From positions 62,001 to 126,000 of the forward strand of contig JAQGDQ010000576.1 of the NCBI GenBank assembly GCA_030141605.1: a stretch of DNA of 64,000 nt, given 5' to 3'. Positions 11,462-24,468 of the stretch are shown piece after piece (position 1 is the first letter of the stretch; each line of letters starts with the position of its first letter). Source of the stretch: Tubiluchus corallicola (taxonomy: Eukaryota > Animalia > Priapulida). The translations under genes and the position numbers were made by a program. Under the pieces are notes generated by a model. It was not told the origin of the DNA and searched no databases. It was given only the letters and a program-made list of their open reading frames with translations.

Positions 11462-14437
11462 CTGAAAAAAATAGTTGATATTAAAAATGCCAAGGAAAAT
11501 TATTCCCTGTTTGTTCAAAAGGCAGAAATTGTTGATTGCTGGGAACAAATACCTTTTAACTCCTTCAGGACTGCACCACTAAAAATGGATCTTATAAGAC
11601 CTATGACTCTTCTGCTACTGTATGAGCACAGACATAACTAAATGATTACAAATTAGATACTGTTCTATTCAGGAAAATATTGACTATGCAACTATGCTAT
11701 TTGTTTAAACATTTATAAATGACTTAATTGGATAAAATTAATTAAAATCACGCCCTTTTCAGGCACTCCAACTTAGCCTATTGAGTAGTTTAGTCTGGCG
11801 TACACTTTCATGATTGTACACACTAATTTATTGATCACCTGCTTGCTACAAACCAAGCTGTGTGTCCAGTGTTTTGCTGCTATTCCAGTAAAAACCAACC
11901 ACTCAGCCAAGGAGAAGTTAAGGTTGTTTAATCTTTTAACAGGAATTTCTCCTTAAAAATAGAGTAGACTTAAGGCCAAAGTGCATCAGAGTGTTGTGTC
12001 TGGATAGTTGCAATTTTCTGCATTGGCTGATTTCACACAAGTAATACTGTACATTGCTACAGTGCAAACACTGCAGTTACTGAACACTTTTTTCAACTTA
12101 TTTGTGAAAAAAATGATTTTTAATTTGTCTAAGGTAAACAAATGCATTTCATATATAATTTTGCATGAAAGTCCATTGTGTAAGAAGTAGAAACCTACAA
12201 AAATTATCAAATATAACATAATAGCTGCTTAATGAGAACAGTTTTTCACGAACCCCTGCAAAATGCAGCAAACTATCATGGTCCTGAACCAGTCATACCA
12301 CAATCCTGGTACAGATTATGCAAAACAAGGCATCATTGATAAATCTTTAGAGCTGATGTCAACATAGCGCAATCTATTCTCTTTCTTCCTACCATTTCCA
12401 CTAACACATCCTTCTACCCTTCCTGTGTGATCTAACCTTTCTCCCAGTTCTTTTTTCGTTCACTCATCCATTTTTTATCAGGTTCACATGACAGTGGGCT
12501 TATACAAGCCTTTGCTTCTCTAGCCCACTGCAGTACAATTATTCCTTTATGATAACGATAGTGTATGAAACATAACAATTTAGTACAGTATGACGTAATA
12601 ATTTTGATGTTACTGTGTGCTTTATATTATACTGAATGTGATAATAATAATAAATAAAAAAACATAAAGGTGAAGGAGGTAAAGAACTAAGAAACTGTGT
12701 GAGCTGTTGTTAGAAACGTCTTTGTCTAGTTTGCATGGAAAAGGGTGGACACAGAGAGCAATATGCTTCGTTATTAGTTTATTGTGGTTTGTCCAGCATC
12801 TTATGACTATTTATATCTGATCCAAATTTTAATCGTAACATCAGGCTGATTTTAATATTCGATTTTGTTTTGATTTTCAGAAAATGCATGTCGATATGCT
12901 TGTTCTGCGATTATCGTTTGCACTCTATACAGTTAGCAAATACTTTTTGAGTAATGATATTTGTTTAGCAGACTGTTTTGGTATTATGGCTATTAAAAAA
13001 TTTTGATACATAGATCAGTTTTCGAGTACACATTTTGGAATATTACTAATGGCACTTTTAAATTTCATTATTTCTTATTATTTGTAATAGTCTGTTTTGT
13101 CATTGCGTTCTAAGGTCGCACTTAATTAACAATGTTAATTGTGGTAATGCAACATTTAGCATTTTCTTTCACAACAGAAATGCGGAATCTTAGGAAGAAA
13201 TAATTACAAACAAGTTTAATCAATGATCGTGCAAGAAGACAGCCTGCCTGCTCTCCCACTCCTACCATCTTGCACTGAATGAAGAAAAACCATCATCTAC
13301 TTTCCCACAGGTCTCATGTTGCTGCTACATTATAACATCACAACATAAACATAATATTGTAGTTAAATTTTGCTGTAGAAGAAAAACTAGATTAAGATTG
13401 GCAAATATAAAAATCGCGTTAAAATTGTAAATCTTAATTGTAACACTATTGGTTTATATATACCCACTCTCACACAATATTAGTTTAGTTTTAAAATATA
13501 ATATAAACTGAAAATATAAAACTTATTCTACCCACTCTCACACAATAGGTATGTGTCACATACATTTTAACTCTTTCCCACGTGCATACCCTCAAATTTT
13601 AATTCTCACATATTCTGCAACTTCACCTGGTTTCCTCTGCTATCAGCACCAACCACAACGCAATAGTAGTTTTATTTTCCTAAATAAATTTACAATGATT
13701 TGACAATAAAATACACAAAAATACAAACGAACATAGGAGAAAGGGTGGCAGAAAACCAAAGGTTATCTAGTCAACCACCCTTCTCAAAGGACAGTAAACA
13801 AAAGGACGCTAATGACAGCAGACACAACTATATTAAAAAATACATAAACGTTCAACTAGCAATACTACTCTAAATGAAACAGTAGCGTTCACGTGTAATA
13901 CGCTAAAAGGCATTACAGTTACTGAACATTACACACTTTAGGGAGTTTTTCTCGTGAGTACAAAAGAGCATATTTATATCTAAGCACAGTAAACTGCAAT
14001 AACAGGGTAAGGCCAGTACCACCTAAAAATTACATTTCGTTACTTTTGCTCAAGTTTTTTGATACCCAAAAAAGTTAGTGTTTCCCTTGAAAGAGCGATG
14101 TTTCACACTCATTTTTACATCAAACATTTGGCAGGTCTGTTGTAATCCTTAAAACCCCCAACCTGCAGGAGATTCGGCAGCGGATTCCACTACAGGGGCT
14201 TACCTCCAGTCACACAGGGCTTACTATTTTGTGTCTCACTCCAAAAGTTTTTGTAAACTTTGAGTATTATTATAATTTGCTCTGGAGGTGCATATTCTGC
14301 CGTAAACTTAACAGCAGAATAATTGCATATTTACGTAAAATTCGCTATGAAGTTATCAACAAACGCAACTGTTGTACAACATACACCGTTTCGTGATGGT
14401 AACAGAAAAATAGTTTTGTTTTAAGTCTAACTTTTAC

Positions 14438-14488
14438 CTTCACTGCCAAACGATGAAGCTCAATTTCTGCCATTATAGCAGCTACCAT
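14438..14488 (-). CDS. UFSP2: UFSP2-like exon 1 (MVAAIMAEIELHRLAVK)
   Basis: aaacATGG start context, 51 nt, AAG|gtaaaa donor, phase 0 matches exon 2; second in-frame ATG at 14473. Confidence 0.6.
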
Positions 14489-16699
14489 GTTTTGTGCCCA
14501 CGTGTGAGTGGCATAAGGGAAACTAACGAAGAGGAAGAAATTCAGGATACCTTTTGATTTAGTTCAGTTTATTTCGCTAATACCTTGACTGAACCAGGGC
14601 CATAAAAGGCCGTAGAGCTACGCCTATAATAATTATAGGGACTAATGCGTTAAACCAAAATACATACACGGTGAAAAAAATTTTCATATAAAATAACAAT
14701 TTATTTTACGCATCCAGACGTTTTGACTGCAACAGCTGATAGTCATCCTTAATGGTCTAATTATAATGTTACAAAATCCATAGGCCTAATTAGTAATTAC
14801 CTACAGTAAGTATGATGGTAACGAGTTTTTTCAATTCAGTACATTTATTTCACAATAAACATATACATATGCATTACAAGTACATTCATAAATTGTTTTG
14901 GTTTAGTATATGTTTCATTAATTCTACGCTAGAGACCTAGGAAGCTAGTCTAAGTTAGGCCACTAGAATTAGTTCAGAGAAAAATTACAATATATTACTA
15001 ATGGTTAGTTTGAGTTGCAGTGGGTGTTAGTAGTATTTCAATATTACGATGGTCGGTAAATCGCTTTAACACATTCGCTAAGCATTTGTGGATGAGGCAG
15101 CATTTGTTTAGACTATATGTAGGTGTGCATTGTAGATATATATGCCGGTGGGAACTAACAACTATATTATTATCCAAGAGGGAAGTTTTTGAAAATGAAA
15201 AACAACAACAAGTATTGTATATGATTACAAACAACTGATGTGTTTTAATTAATAAATAAATACACTAGAGGCTGGATTCACCTGTACTGCATTTGCAACA
15301 GTCTCGTTAAGTGGGGTTTAGGCGCGTGGAAATATTTCGTTGTCTTAAGTCTTTTCTATGTTCTAGTGATTGATAATTGTGGTTAAGGATTAATTGTACC
15401 AGACAATGGCTTTGTGTACACTTGATAACAACTCGCAGCTTATGTTGTTGCAATACTAATAGTTTTAACAGCTAGTTGTATTTTTACTTAGTTAATTTTT
15501 CTTGCTCCCAAGCAAGATCCTTCTAGTTATTCAATCTACATATAGACTAATGCATAATTAAAGAGACCATGTAAAATAACTGAAGTCACTGACGTGATGC
15601 GACAGACAGCTTTGCTTTACACTTGTCACCTGACATACCGTCTCCTCCCTTCCCTTCTCTTCTATTAAGCACAGCTGTGTTATGTAATTCGATCTGGACC
15701 ACAGAGGTGTTTTGTCTGGAGCACAGGTGCGTTATGCCCGGAGCACAGCTCTTATTAATACTGATGAAAATAAAAATTTAATGATGCGCTTTTATTTGTG
15801 TAATTGATATTATTAAATTCAGTACAATGTTCCATAGTTAATCTCAGTGTGTTTCATCTCGCGTTTTTAGGCTCTTGCAAACATTTCAGTGTCAGCTTTC
15901 ATTTATTTAAGACCCTTTTCAATAATACTAATGTCGTATTATTATTATTATTATTATTATTATTAAATTATTATTATTTTCACCTAGTCATCATCTTATG
16001 TTTTTGTAACTTTTTGCGATTGTTTTTATTGTATAGTGTAATAAAACAACTAGTCATGTTAACGTCATTGTAAATTTCATCTCGTTTCCTTATTACGATT
16101 CATAGTTTTCTATAATACGAAGTAATCGATAAGTTTACATATGCAACACAATTATTGCCTTGCTTTTACTGAGCCAATTTCGATATAACTTTATCTGTGA
16201 ATTGTAACAATACCATAGATATGGCTTGTGTAGATCAAAGAACTTGGTGATTGCTTAGCAGTGTTCTGCATTCTAGACAGTCATGCTATTCTGATCTTCT
16301 TTGTTTAAGTTCCTAAGTAGTTTAATAAATACGACTTTATTGTGCACGCATTTGTCTGGTTGCTAATATTATTGTAGCGTGTAACATGAATGACGTCATC
16401 TGCATTTTCGATTTCCTGCTCTCCCGACTCTTTCTGAACACATTTCTTCTAAAGCCTGTCGAACCGGAGCAAGTGAGGGAAGTACAACTTCCTTTACAGC
16501 CTAGCACAGTGGTGTTTGGCTGTTGTGCGCATGCGCACATCTGAGATAAATGCTGTACGCTAGCGTCTGCTGCTTGGTAGAGCGAGTACTGTCTCTATCA
16601 CAGTTACAATTGCCACGTGTTTACCGTGTACCGTCGTATTCATGGATGTGAAAAAATGTAAACTTAACCCGTGTGCTTAAAAACATAAATTATTTAATA

Positions 16700-16945
16700 A
16701 TGGACTCTTTGCAACCCCAAGAAACAAGTTCTCTGACTGTAAGTGAACTACAACAGCTTAATTTTTCACACCTGTCTCTCCATGAGAAAGTTGCAGTTAA
16801 GAAGAGGCCGTTCAACACCTGATCTTCAAATATAACTACAACATTAAAATTAGATATGTTTGTTACGTTTTGCACCAAATTAAGACAATGGCTAAAAATT
16901 TTTCTATAACAGCACCCCCACTAATATTAGCTATGAGCCGAGTGA
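16700..16945 (+). mobile_element. Possible deleted hAT (ZMYM1-like) transposase 5' remnant joined to an element end
   Basis: MDSLQP...LNFSHLSLHEKVAVKK/RSTPDL resembles ZMYM1-type hAT N-termini; 16880-16940 matches 31968-32030. Confidence 0.35.
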
Positions 16946-17639
16946 ATTTCAAACATTCCAGACTGACCTGGATTTGAGCCAAGAAGTTGAGGACTAAAGA
17001 TTCAACACTATGACCACATTCTTTTAGTTGTTAAGAGAAAATAGTGTCAACTACTAGCCTTTCACCTACCCAGGTGTAGCGATGCTGTGGTAAGCCAAGG
17101 CACTGAACTCAAATAATTAATAATAATCAGTAACAACATACTTCTGCATGAAAGCTAAGAATTTATTCACATTCATTGATATTTAAGCTTTTCTGGTAAA
17201 TAGTAACATCACTTAAAATCATCTTAAAATAAGGGACCAGCCTCACCAACAATTTTTAGCAAAAATTTTAACAACAGGAGCCATTTCACAGTTTCGTTGT
17301 GCATGAGCGCAGTCAAAGGTTAAGTGTCTTAGCTGCAACCGTCACGTGACATGTGGTTAAAGCAAAGCTGTGTCCCACATCAGTTCACTAACTTCAGTTG
17401 TTTCACTCTGACTTTACTTAATTATGCTTTAGTCTGTGCGGGATCTTGCTCGGGAACAAGAAAAAATGAATTAGGTAAGGTTGTACATCTAGCATTCACC
17501 TTTTTTTAAATACTATTACAATAACATGGGCTACGCGGTGTTGTGAAGTGTACACAAATGTGTTGTCTAGTACACGTAACCTTTGACCTGTTCATGATCA
17601 TAACCAATCGCTGGAATCGCTTATTCTCAGTGCTAATTA

Positions 17640-17780
17640 CTACGTGCATGTCTGTTCTGTGCCATTTAGAGCTGCCCAATCAGGAAACGTGTTCCAGTCA
17701 AAAACAAAGTATCCATAACTGCTTGCAATGACAGTAACGATTAAACAGCAGACAACGTTCATTACTAATCCAGCTTTTGC
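17640..17780 (-). CDS. SLC13: SLC13 paralog A exon 15 (AKAGLVMN...FPDWAALNGTEQTCT*)
   Basis: tttcgtttcag acceptor, TAG stop at 17642-17640, C-terminal NGT sequon. Confidence 0.94.
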   Translation of the reverse strand, partial: AKAGLVMNVVCCLIVTVIASSYGYFVFDWNTFPDWAALNGTEQTCT

Positions 17781-18130
17781 CTGAAACGAAAACAATTTTG
17801 TATTACAGAGATATCACTGCACACGTGCATTTAACGTGTTTCAAGGGAACTGTGCTGTGTGTATGTTAGATAGATTGCTCCTTTACTGTTGCTTTATTGT
17901 GTTGTTCATAAACTGCACCATTTGGCAAGGACATAATATTATTATTTATAGTTAAACACTGCAGCTTTATTAAAACTTTTTATTTACATAGTTAAAAAAT
18001 CGTGTCACACGTTTCTACATGATTTTTTAACTATGTATGTGACGTGTTCTTATCTATGGTTTATATTTTAATGTTTGTGCTCACTAAGGTTTCCCCTCAC
18101 TGTTTTTAGCGGGCAAGCCAAGAGGCGTTA

Positions 18131-18559
18131 TATACTCTGAGCTCTGGACATTAAAAGCAAATCATAAAGCTGAAATCGATGCGTTTCAAAGGCGAAATTA
18201 CAGAAACATTTTGGGTATGATGGCCAAAGAAAATTTCAAACAAAGATCTATATGAAAAAATAAAAGAAGAACCTTGGACAAGAAAAATAAAAAGACGACG
18301 TTTAAGATGGATTGGGCACATGCTTAGACTACCTGATGATGTTCCAGTGAAGATAGCTCTTCAACAAGATATAGAACCAGCTAAAAAACCTGCAGGAGGA
18401 CAAATGCTAACATATTTAGATTTTGCACAAGAAAGATTTAAACACTTCAGCATTGATCCTTAGAAACAAATGCACTTGGGCCATTGCTGGCGAGCAGGGA
18501 GTCCTGGCATAGGGAGGTGAGCAGAATCATGTCCCTGGACGTTTGATTCAGTGAAGAAG
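18131..18559 (+). mobile_element. 5'-truncated RTE-group LINE fragment
   Basis: Decayed ORF (SELWTL...IDAFQRR...RRRLRWIGHMLRL), (GAA)n tail, 11-bp TSD AAGAGGCGTTA. Confidence 0.8.
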
Positions 18560-18867
18560 AAGAGGCGTTACATCCTCTAGACTTATCATGGCAGCAGTCT
18601 TTGTGAATAAACAGATTAATAAGGAAGAAAGATTTATGTTAAATGTTCTATAAGGTTTCTAACAAAGTTACAAATGTTGTCGAGACGTTACAATGTAAAT
18701 TAAAAGTTTTGATAAAGTTGTGGATATTTTAACTATAAATATTTTAAGTGCTTGTAATGATAAAACTGACTAGTAATACAAGAATAGCTACAGACAAAAA
18801 GAATGCAATAACACAAGTGTGATAAACAGGTTGACTGCAAAAACACAAAGTCATTTCTACGCAACAC

Positions 18868-19530
18868 TTAAAGGACAAGAAAAGGGGTACTGGAAGCATT
18901 CAGAAAAAGCCACTTAAAAAATTATGTTACTTGCGTAAACATTATGTACTCGCGTTAAAAAGAATTTTTGTTTGTTTCCATTTTAAATCTTCCGCAATAC
19001 TGTTCCGATGGCGCCATTACATGACGTCATATACGCACAATGTAAATCAGGGGAAGAAAAGAGAATATTAAACTATGTCCCAAAAAATTTCCATGCAAAT
19101 CTATGTTACTTAGCACTTCACTTACCTACTGAAAAGACTTACGTAACTAGAAATAATAATTTAAAATGTTTGTGCTAATTAGTAAAATGTAGCTGACTCA
19201 CCCTCCAGGGTGTGCCACTCACTAACCAAAAACGTATTTTCAATCTTATTGACAAGATACAGTAATTTAAAATCTTACTTAGTTAATAACATGTGCACTA
19301 CGAATGCTCTGATTATTTCTTCAAACTTCATGTAATGTTATTTAATCTTGTGTCAAACAAGCTACCATTAAAATGGCGGCGTCTAATGTTCATCACGAGA
19401 GTTTAAATTTACAAGTTTTATACAGAGATGCTGCTGAAGCAAGCCCTGCGTGCAAAAAGGCATCATGTAAGTGGTATAAAATTTAAATAAGAATGTTTAA
19501 GTTTTATGTAAGTGGAGGATTTTCGAGTGC
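18868..19530 (+). repeat. Dispersed TTAA-ended repeat; inverted copy at ~35280-35889
   Basis: TTAAAGGACAAGAAAAG start and alignable body in opposite orientation. Confidence 0.6.
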
Positions 19531-19608
19531 TGTACAGCACATGCCGCTTACAGCGTTAATTTAGTGCTGAACTATGAGATGCACATATAATATTGTTTAA
19601 CTACATAC

Positions 19609-19746
19609 CATGTCTGAAATCCTTAATGTCCCGTAAGAAAACACAACAGCATTTGGTGGAGTTGCTACGGGCAACATGAAGGCGAACGAAGCTGCAATTA
19701 CCGCTGGATACAGGAAATAGTAGGGATGAACTCGTAGAGCAGACGA
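19609..19746 (-). CDS. SLC13: SLC13 paralog A exon 14 (VHPYYFLYP...[17 protein letters not shown]...DM)
   Basis: ttaacag / ATG|gtatgt, 138 nt, DASS signature. Confidence 0.96.
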
Positions 19747-20750
19747 CTGTTAAACAAAATAAAAACTTTGTTAGTTTTACTAATTAGATTATTAGTGTCA
19801 AGAATGTTCAGAAATCATTGAAGTTTATTTCACGACAATTATTACCCATTGCGCATAATGAGGCGAAGAAAGAAAGAAGACGTTGAAAAATGGTGTGCTA
19901 CAAGGATGAATTCTTGGGCCTGCTCTGTCACGTTAAACTGGTAACTCAGGTAGCAGAGTTGATGAAAGAAAGAAGACGTTGAAAAATGGTGTGCTACAAG
20001 GATGAATTCTTGGGCCTGCTCTGTCACGTTAAACTGGTAACTCAGGTAGCAGAGTTGATGAAAGAAAGAAGACGATGAAAAATGGTGTGCTACAAGGATG
20101 AAATCTTGGGCCTGCTCTGTCATGTTGAACTGGTAGCTCAGGTAGCAGAGTTGATTGTGTTAGTAAGTCAATGTGAAAATAAGCAGTGCTTCTTGTGAGA
20201 AACATAACAATGAAATGCCAAATTTACTCGGGTAATTGATGTCCTCACTCAAACAAGAACATGAATTTATTCAAATCTGGCGTCAATTACTGAATTGAGA
20301 GCACTAGTACAAAAATCAGTTGAACAGTAATCTAGTTTTTGATTTTTGCACCAGCTTTGTATCACAGTATCGATTCCGAGCAACAGGAGTTACTCAGCTT
20401 TAGGATCAAGTTACTTGCAAGTTACTCAGGCTAAGCAACAAGTCATTCGATTCAAATACCTAGTTACTGCATTTGAGCACAAAATTACTTAATATTAGTA
20501 GCAATTTACTCCTTTTCAGTATCGAGTTACTTAATTTGAGCTTCGAGTTACTCTGTTTAAGCACCATGTCATTACATTTGCGCATCGAGTTACAGTGAAC
20601 TCTGCACAATATGGTTCTGTGTAATTCGGAATATCGTTCAATTTAGTAGAACGGATTTGTTTCTACATATCTCAATGCTTAAAGCAATTGCAAAACTAGG
20701 TACTTTTATCTTGGTATGCTGCTGATTTTGGCATATTTTAGGGGAAGAGT

Positions 20751-21242
20751 TTAAAGCAAAACCGGATCCAATCTTAAACTGCAGGTCAAAACAATCTACT
20801 CTTTAAAATACTGATAGGAAACATACTATTTTTTCAAAAATGACTTACGTGAAAGAATTATTAACACATAAACACAATTTCACGTTCGCGCCACTAGTTC
20901 TTCGCTGTTACATACATTTCGCCATTCAGTAGTTAGACAGGCACTAGCGCCTGCATTTTGAAAATTCATTGCACAAAAAACAGGTGTTGTATCTCTCAGT
21001 TCAGATGTGTTAGTTTCTGTCCAACTAAACACGTTCAACAGCTCGTGTGTGAGCACAGCGCTTGGTAAATTTGAAGTTTCATTTTAAAACTTGCCTAGTT
21101 TTAGTGCAACAAGCTGAATCTCTTACAGTAGCACTACACTTTTCTCTTTTACAAACATGTGCAACACGCTCGTTGAATATTTTTGCAGTTGAACATCATG
21201 TTAGTTTGTGATGTCACACTAGTTGGGCTCGCCAGCCTTTAA
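20751..21242. mobile_element. TTAA-flanked non-autonomous element, possibly Kolobok-like (copies ~4055-4530, ~28440-29130, ~57565-58065)
   Basis: TTAAAG...CTTTAA ends, four alignable copies; superfamily assignment tentative. Confidence 0.5.
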
Positions 21243-21824
21243 CCCTTTCATACCCGTTGTATCCCATAAGATACAAGAATATTTTCTGCCTTTAAAATTA
21301 ATAAAATTTTAAAACTGACAGTTACTTGATCTGTTAATAGTTATTTTGATTTAAGCCAATAATAATAGACTAAAAATGGTGACAAAATGGCAAACTAGAA
21401 AATCTACATAGCATAAAAAACTGCGCAAGGTATAGTACTTTAGAGACGACTTTGTACAGATCAGTATAGCATGCATACTAAATGTCTTAAATACTTTAAA
21501 AAATTATCAGCAGTTGCAAAATGAAGCAAATTTTATGCTTCCACTGAATCCCAATGTATCCCGTGGGATACAGGCTATATTTAGCACGCGGGCACAGGTA
21601 GAAAAAAATAATTATTATGTGTAAACAAGATGGACATACTGAACAAAAGTACCAAGCCAAAAAAAATTTTTCTTATTAAAAAATAATTTGGTGATTGAAA
21701 AACATTCGGTAAACAAACCAATACTACAGCGCTTTTATGCACGAGGCAGGTGTCAATTACTGTATGTCAATTAATAGTCAAATTTATATTGCATTGGTTC
21801 ACCAAATTACTTAATATGAATATG

Positions 21825-22217
21825 TGTGGAAGTTGGAATTGTACATTATAATTAGGTGCTGCCATCTATGGGCTACTCCTGTTACATTCTACCAGCCGAC
21901 TTACCCCCAGTATAATTGTATGGTCAAGTGAATGCATATTCACTGGTTCTCTCCCTAATGGTTGTTGTGAAGCCTGTGTAAATCTGCATAGGTCACCTAT
22001 ACCTATATATACTGACTGTTTTTGCTTTCTAGTCACTCTCACTCTCAGTGTTCAGTGCAGCAGTCATGCTACTCATGTGTCTTTACTTTAATAAACACTT
22101 TTCTGTTGTGTGCAGTGCAAATATGTATTATAGATTTTTTATTCTTGTTCAGACTGCTGTGCCTAAACTCAATCATAACAAAGTGAGTGATCAACAACTT
22201 CAAACATGACTTTCACA
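21825..22217 (+). mobile_element. Solo LTR, family 1 (393 bp)
   Basis: TGTGGAAG...CTTTCACA termini, internal TATATATA then AATAAA, perfect 5-bp TSD ATATG. Confidence 0.88.
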
Positions 22218-22571
22218 ATATGAGTTTACCCCTTTTGAGCATCAAGTTACTCAGTCTTAACATCAAATTACTTGGTTTGGGTATCAAATTTCTCAATTTA
22301 ACAATATGAAGAGAAAGTAGCCAATTCTGCACATTAACCTACTTAATTACATTGCCATATGACCTAATCAGAGATAATCTGGGTCAACAGTTCTGATTTT
22401 AATAATGAAACCAGGTTACTTAATCATAAAATACTGAATTTTCACAACCACGAAGACAGTGATATGAACATACTGATGATGGCAACAATAATGATAACAA
22501 ATACTATAATCACTGATTTAGAACACCCTGTACCATGCATGTTTATGTAACGACAACGGCAATAAACTTAC

Positions 22572-22733
22572 CAGATCAGCTAGTATAGGAATCATGATGG
22601 TGGCAACGGCTGGATTGCTGGCAAATTCGGTCAGTGTAGCAACGACGACGCACAGTATGAGAACAATGAAAAATGGCGGCACCGGGTCCAGAGAACAAAG
22701 AATAGAACTGATTTCCTTAGACAGACCAGATTT
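22572..22733 (-). CDS. SLC13: SLC13 paralog A exon 13 (KSGLS...TEFASNPAVATIMIPILADL; second hairpin)
   Basis: ttttccag / CTG|gtaagt, 162 nt. Confidence 0.95.
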
Positions 22734-22782
22734 CTGGAAAAAAATATTGACTGAATTCGAGAAATTAAAGTACAAAAACAGC

Positions 22783-23393
22783 GCATACATACACGATATA
22801 CCAACATACATACATACATATATGCAGACATACATACACGCTACACACACACACACGCATGCACGCACATACATACATACATACACGCTATACCAACATA
22901 CATACATACATATATGCAGACATACATACATGCTACACACACACACACACGCACGCACGCACATACATACATACATACACGCTATACCAACATACATACA
23001 TACATATATGCAGACATACATACATGCTACACACACACACACACGCACACACATACATACATACATACATACACGCTATACCAACATACATACATACATA
23101 TATGCAGACATACATACATGCTACACACACACATGCATGCACACACATACACACACGCACACATACACATGCTATACACACATATATGCAGACATACATA
23201 CATGCTACACACACACACACACACACACACATACATACATACATACATACACGCTATACCAACATACATACATACATATATGCAGACATACATACATGCT
23301 ACACACACACACGCACGCACACACATACACACACGCACACATACACATGCTATACACACATATATGCAGACATACATACATGCTACACGCACG

Positions 23394-23460
<67 letters not shown>
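22783..23460. repeat. Compound (CA)/(CATA) minisatellite
   Basis: Repeated ACGCTATACCAACATACATAC...GCAGACATACATAC units with variable CA runs. Confidence 0.92.
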
Positions 23461-23971
23461 GGGCAAAATGAAAAGCAGACAGGGAAGTAATACATGAAAG
23501 TAAATGGATTTCCGCCATGTTCATTAGTATTGTGTGTAATTAATTTATCAAATTTTGTAAAAATATGAATTACTTGACACATTTGGACAGAACTTTTGCT
23601 GCAAAATCACCAGAATTCAACTACGACAACCACTAATAACTAATAAACGACTACAGTTTATGTTCAACGTAAGAAGCCATGAGATGAAGAAACACCCGAA
23701 AAATTGCGACACATTTTAGATTTGAACCCACGACCTTGTGAGTAAAACTTGCACGCTCTACTATCGAGAATAAAACCCTACCTGAATTCTCATCCTTACA
23801 ATACGCAACCAAAACAGCGTAATTGCGAAATTGTCCGTAAATTTCCATACCATTTGGTGGACTACTCATACTCAATACAAATTATCATGGATGGAGATTC
23901 CAATTTCACTTAGTGACTATTAACTCAAAGTTTATGAAAACTTCAACAAAAATGTGCAAGATTTTCTTTAC

Positions 23972-24090
23972 CTGAACGCCAGCAGCCAATGCAAAGCCTC
24001 CGCCCAATAAGAAGAAGACGCCCCAGGGTAAGTTTTTGTGAACGGTCTCCCAGCCTATTAATCTCTTTCTTGGTGTTTTTGACTTGGTAC
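23972..24090 (-). CDS. SLC13: SLC13 paralog A exon 12 (WETVHKNLPWGVFFLLGGGFALAAGVQ)
   Basis: ttttcag / CAG|gtaaag, 119 nt. Confidence 0.95.
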
Positions 24091-24468
24091 CTGAAAATAA
24101 ATAAGATTTCAGCGCTAGGAATGAAATGGTAAAGACAGTACTTTATAGCCATGACAGCACAGTTAAGAGAGCAGTCATGTGTAGAGTCCAAAGCCACGCC
24201 ATTTCAGGCTGAGCTCCACTCGGTTTATTTCTACAGCCGATCTAGCCAATAAGAAACCCAGCTTTAGTCGTGCCAGCCGCTCAGTAATGGGAGTCGAGCT
24301 AGCGAAGATTTTCGCTCTTGTGAAAATCACGTGACACTACAAATCACTGAGTGAAATATGGCAAATGCATCGCAGATTCACCCCGGATTGTGAGTGTTGC
24401 TAGCAGAGATACTAAACTTTAACTATCTTTGAACGAGAGCGCTGTTCAATTCAAAATTGAGTAGTAAA

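Larger units (their letters stand above)
3818..14488 (-). other. UFSP2: UFSP2-like gene (Ufm1-specific protease 2), 5' part: 6 coding exons; catalytic peptidase C78 exons expected beyond the left edge
   Basis: Six GT-AG exons join in frame (phases 0,1,0,2,1,0). EILLRVHGRLRLTFE and LKNIEKGVSDLKHLLDSDLVAFH resemble the human UFSP2 N-terminus (DILFRIRGGLDLAFQ...[24 protein letters not shown]) as recalled; no catalytic motif is visible in the window. Confidence 0.7.

Noticed and set aside
22594-23582. Long His/Thr-rich and Cys/Val-rich ORFs
   Set aside because: CA-rich minisatellite; only 22572-22733 is a real exon.
23700-23770. tRNA gene on minus strand (also ~16960-17020 and 49680-49735)
   Set aside because: Only A/B-box remnants; no complete cloverleaf, so SINE-like heads at best.
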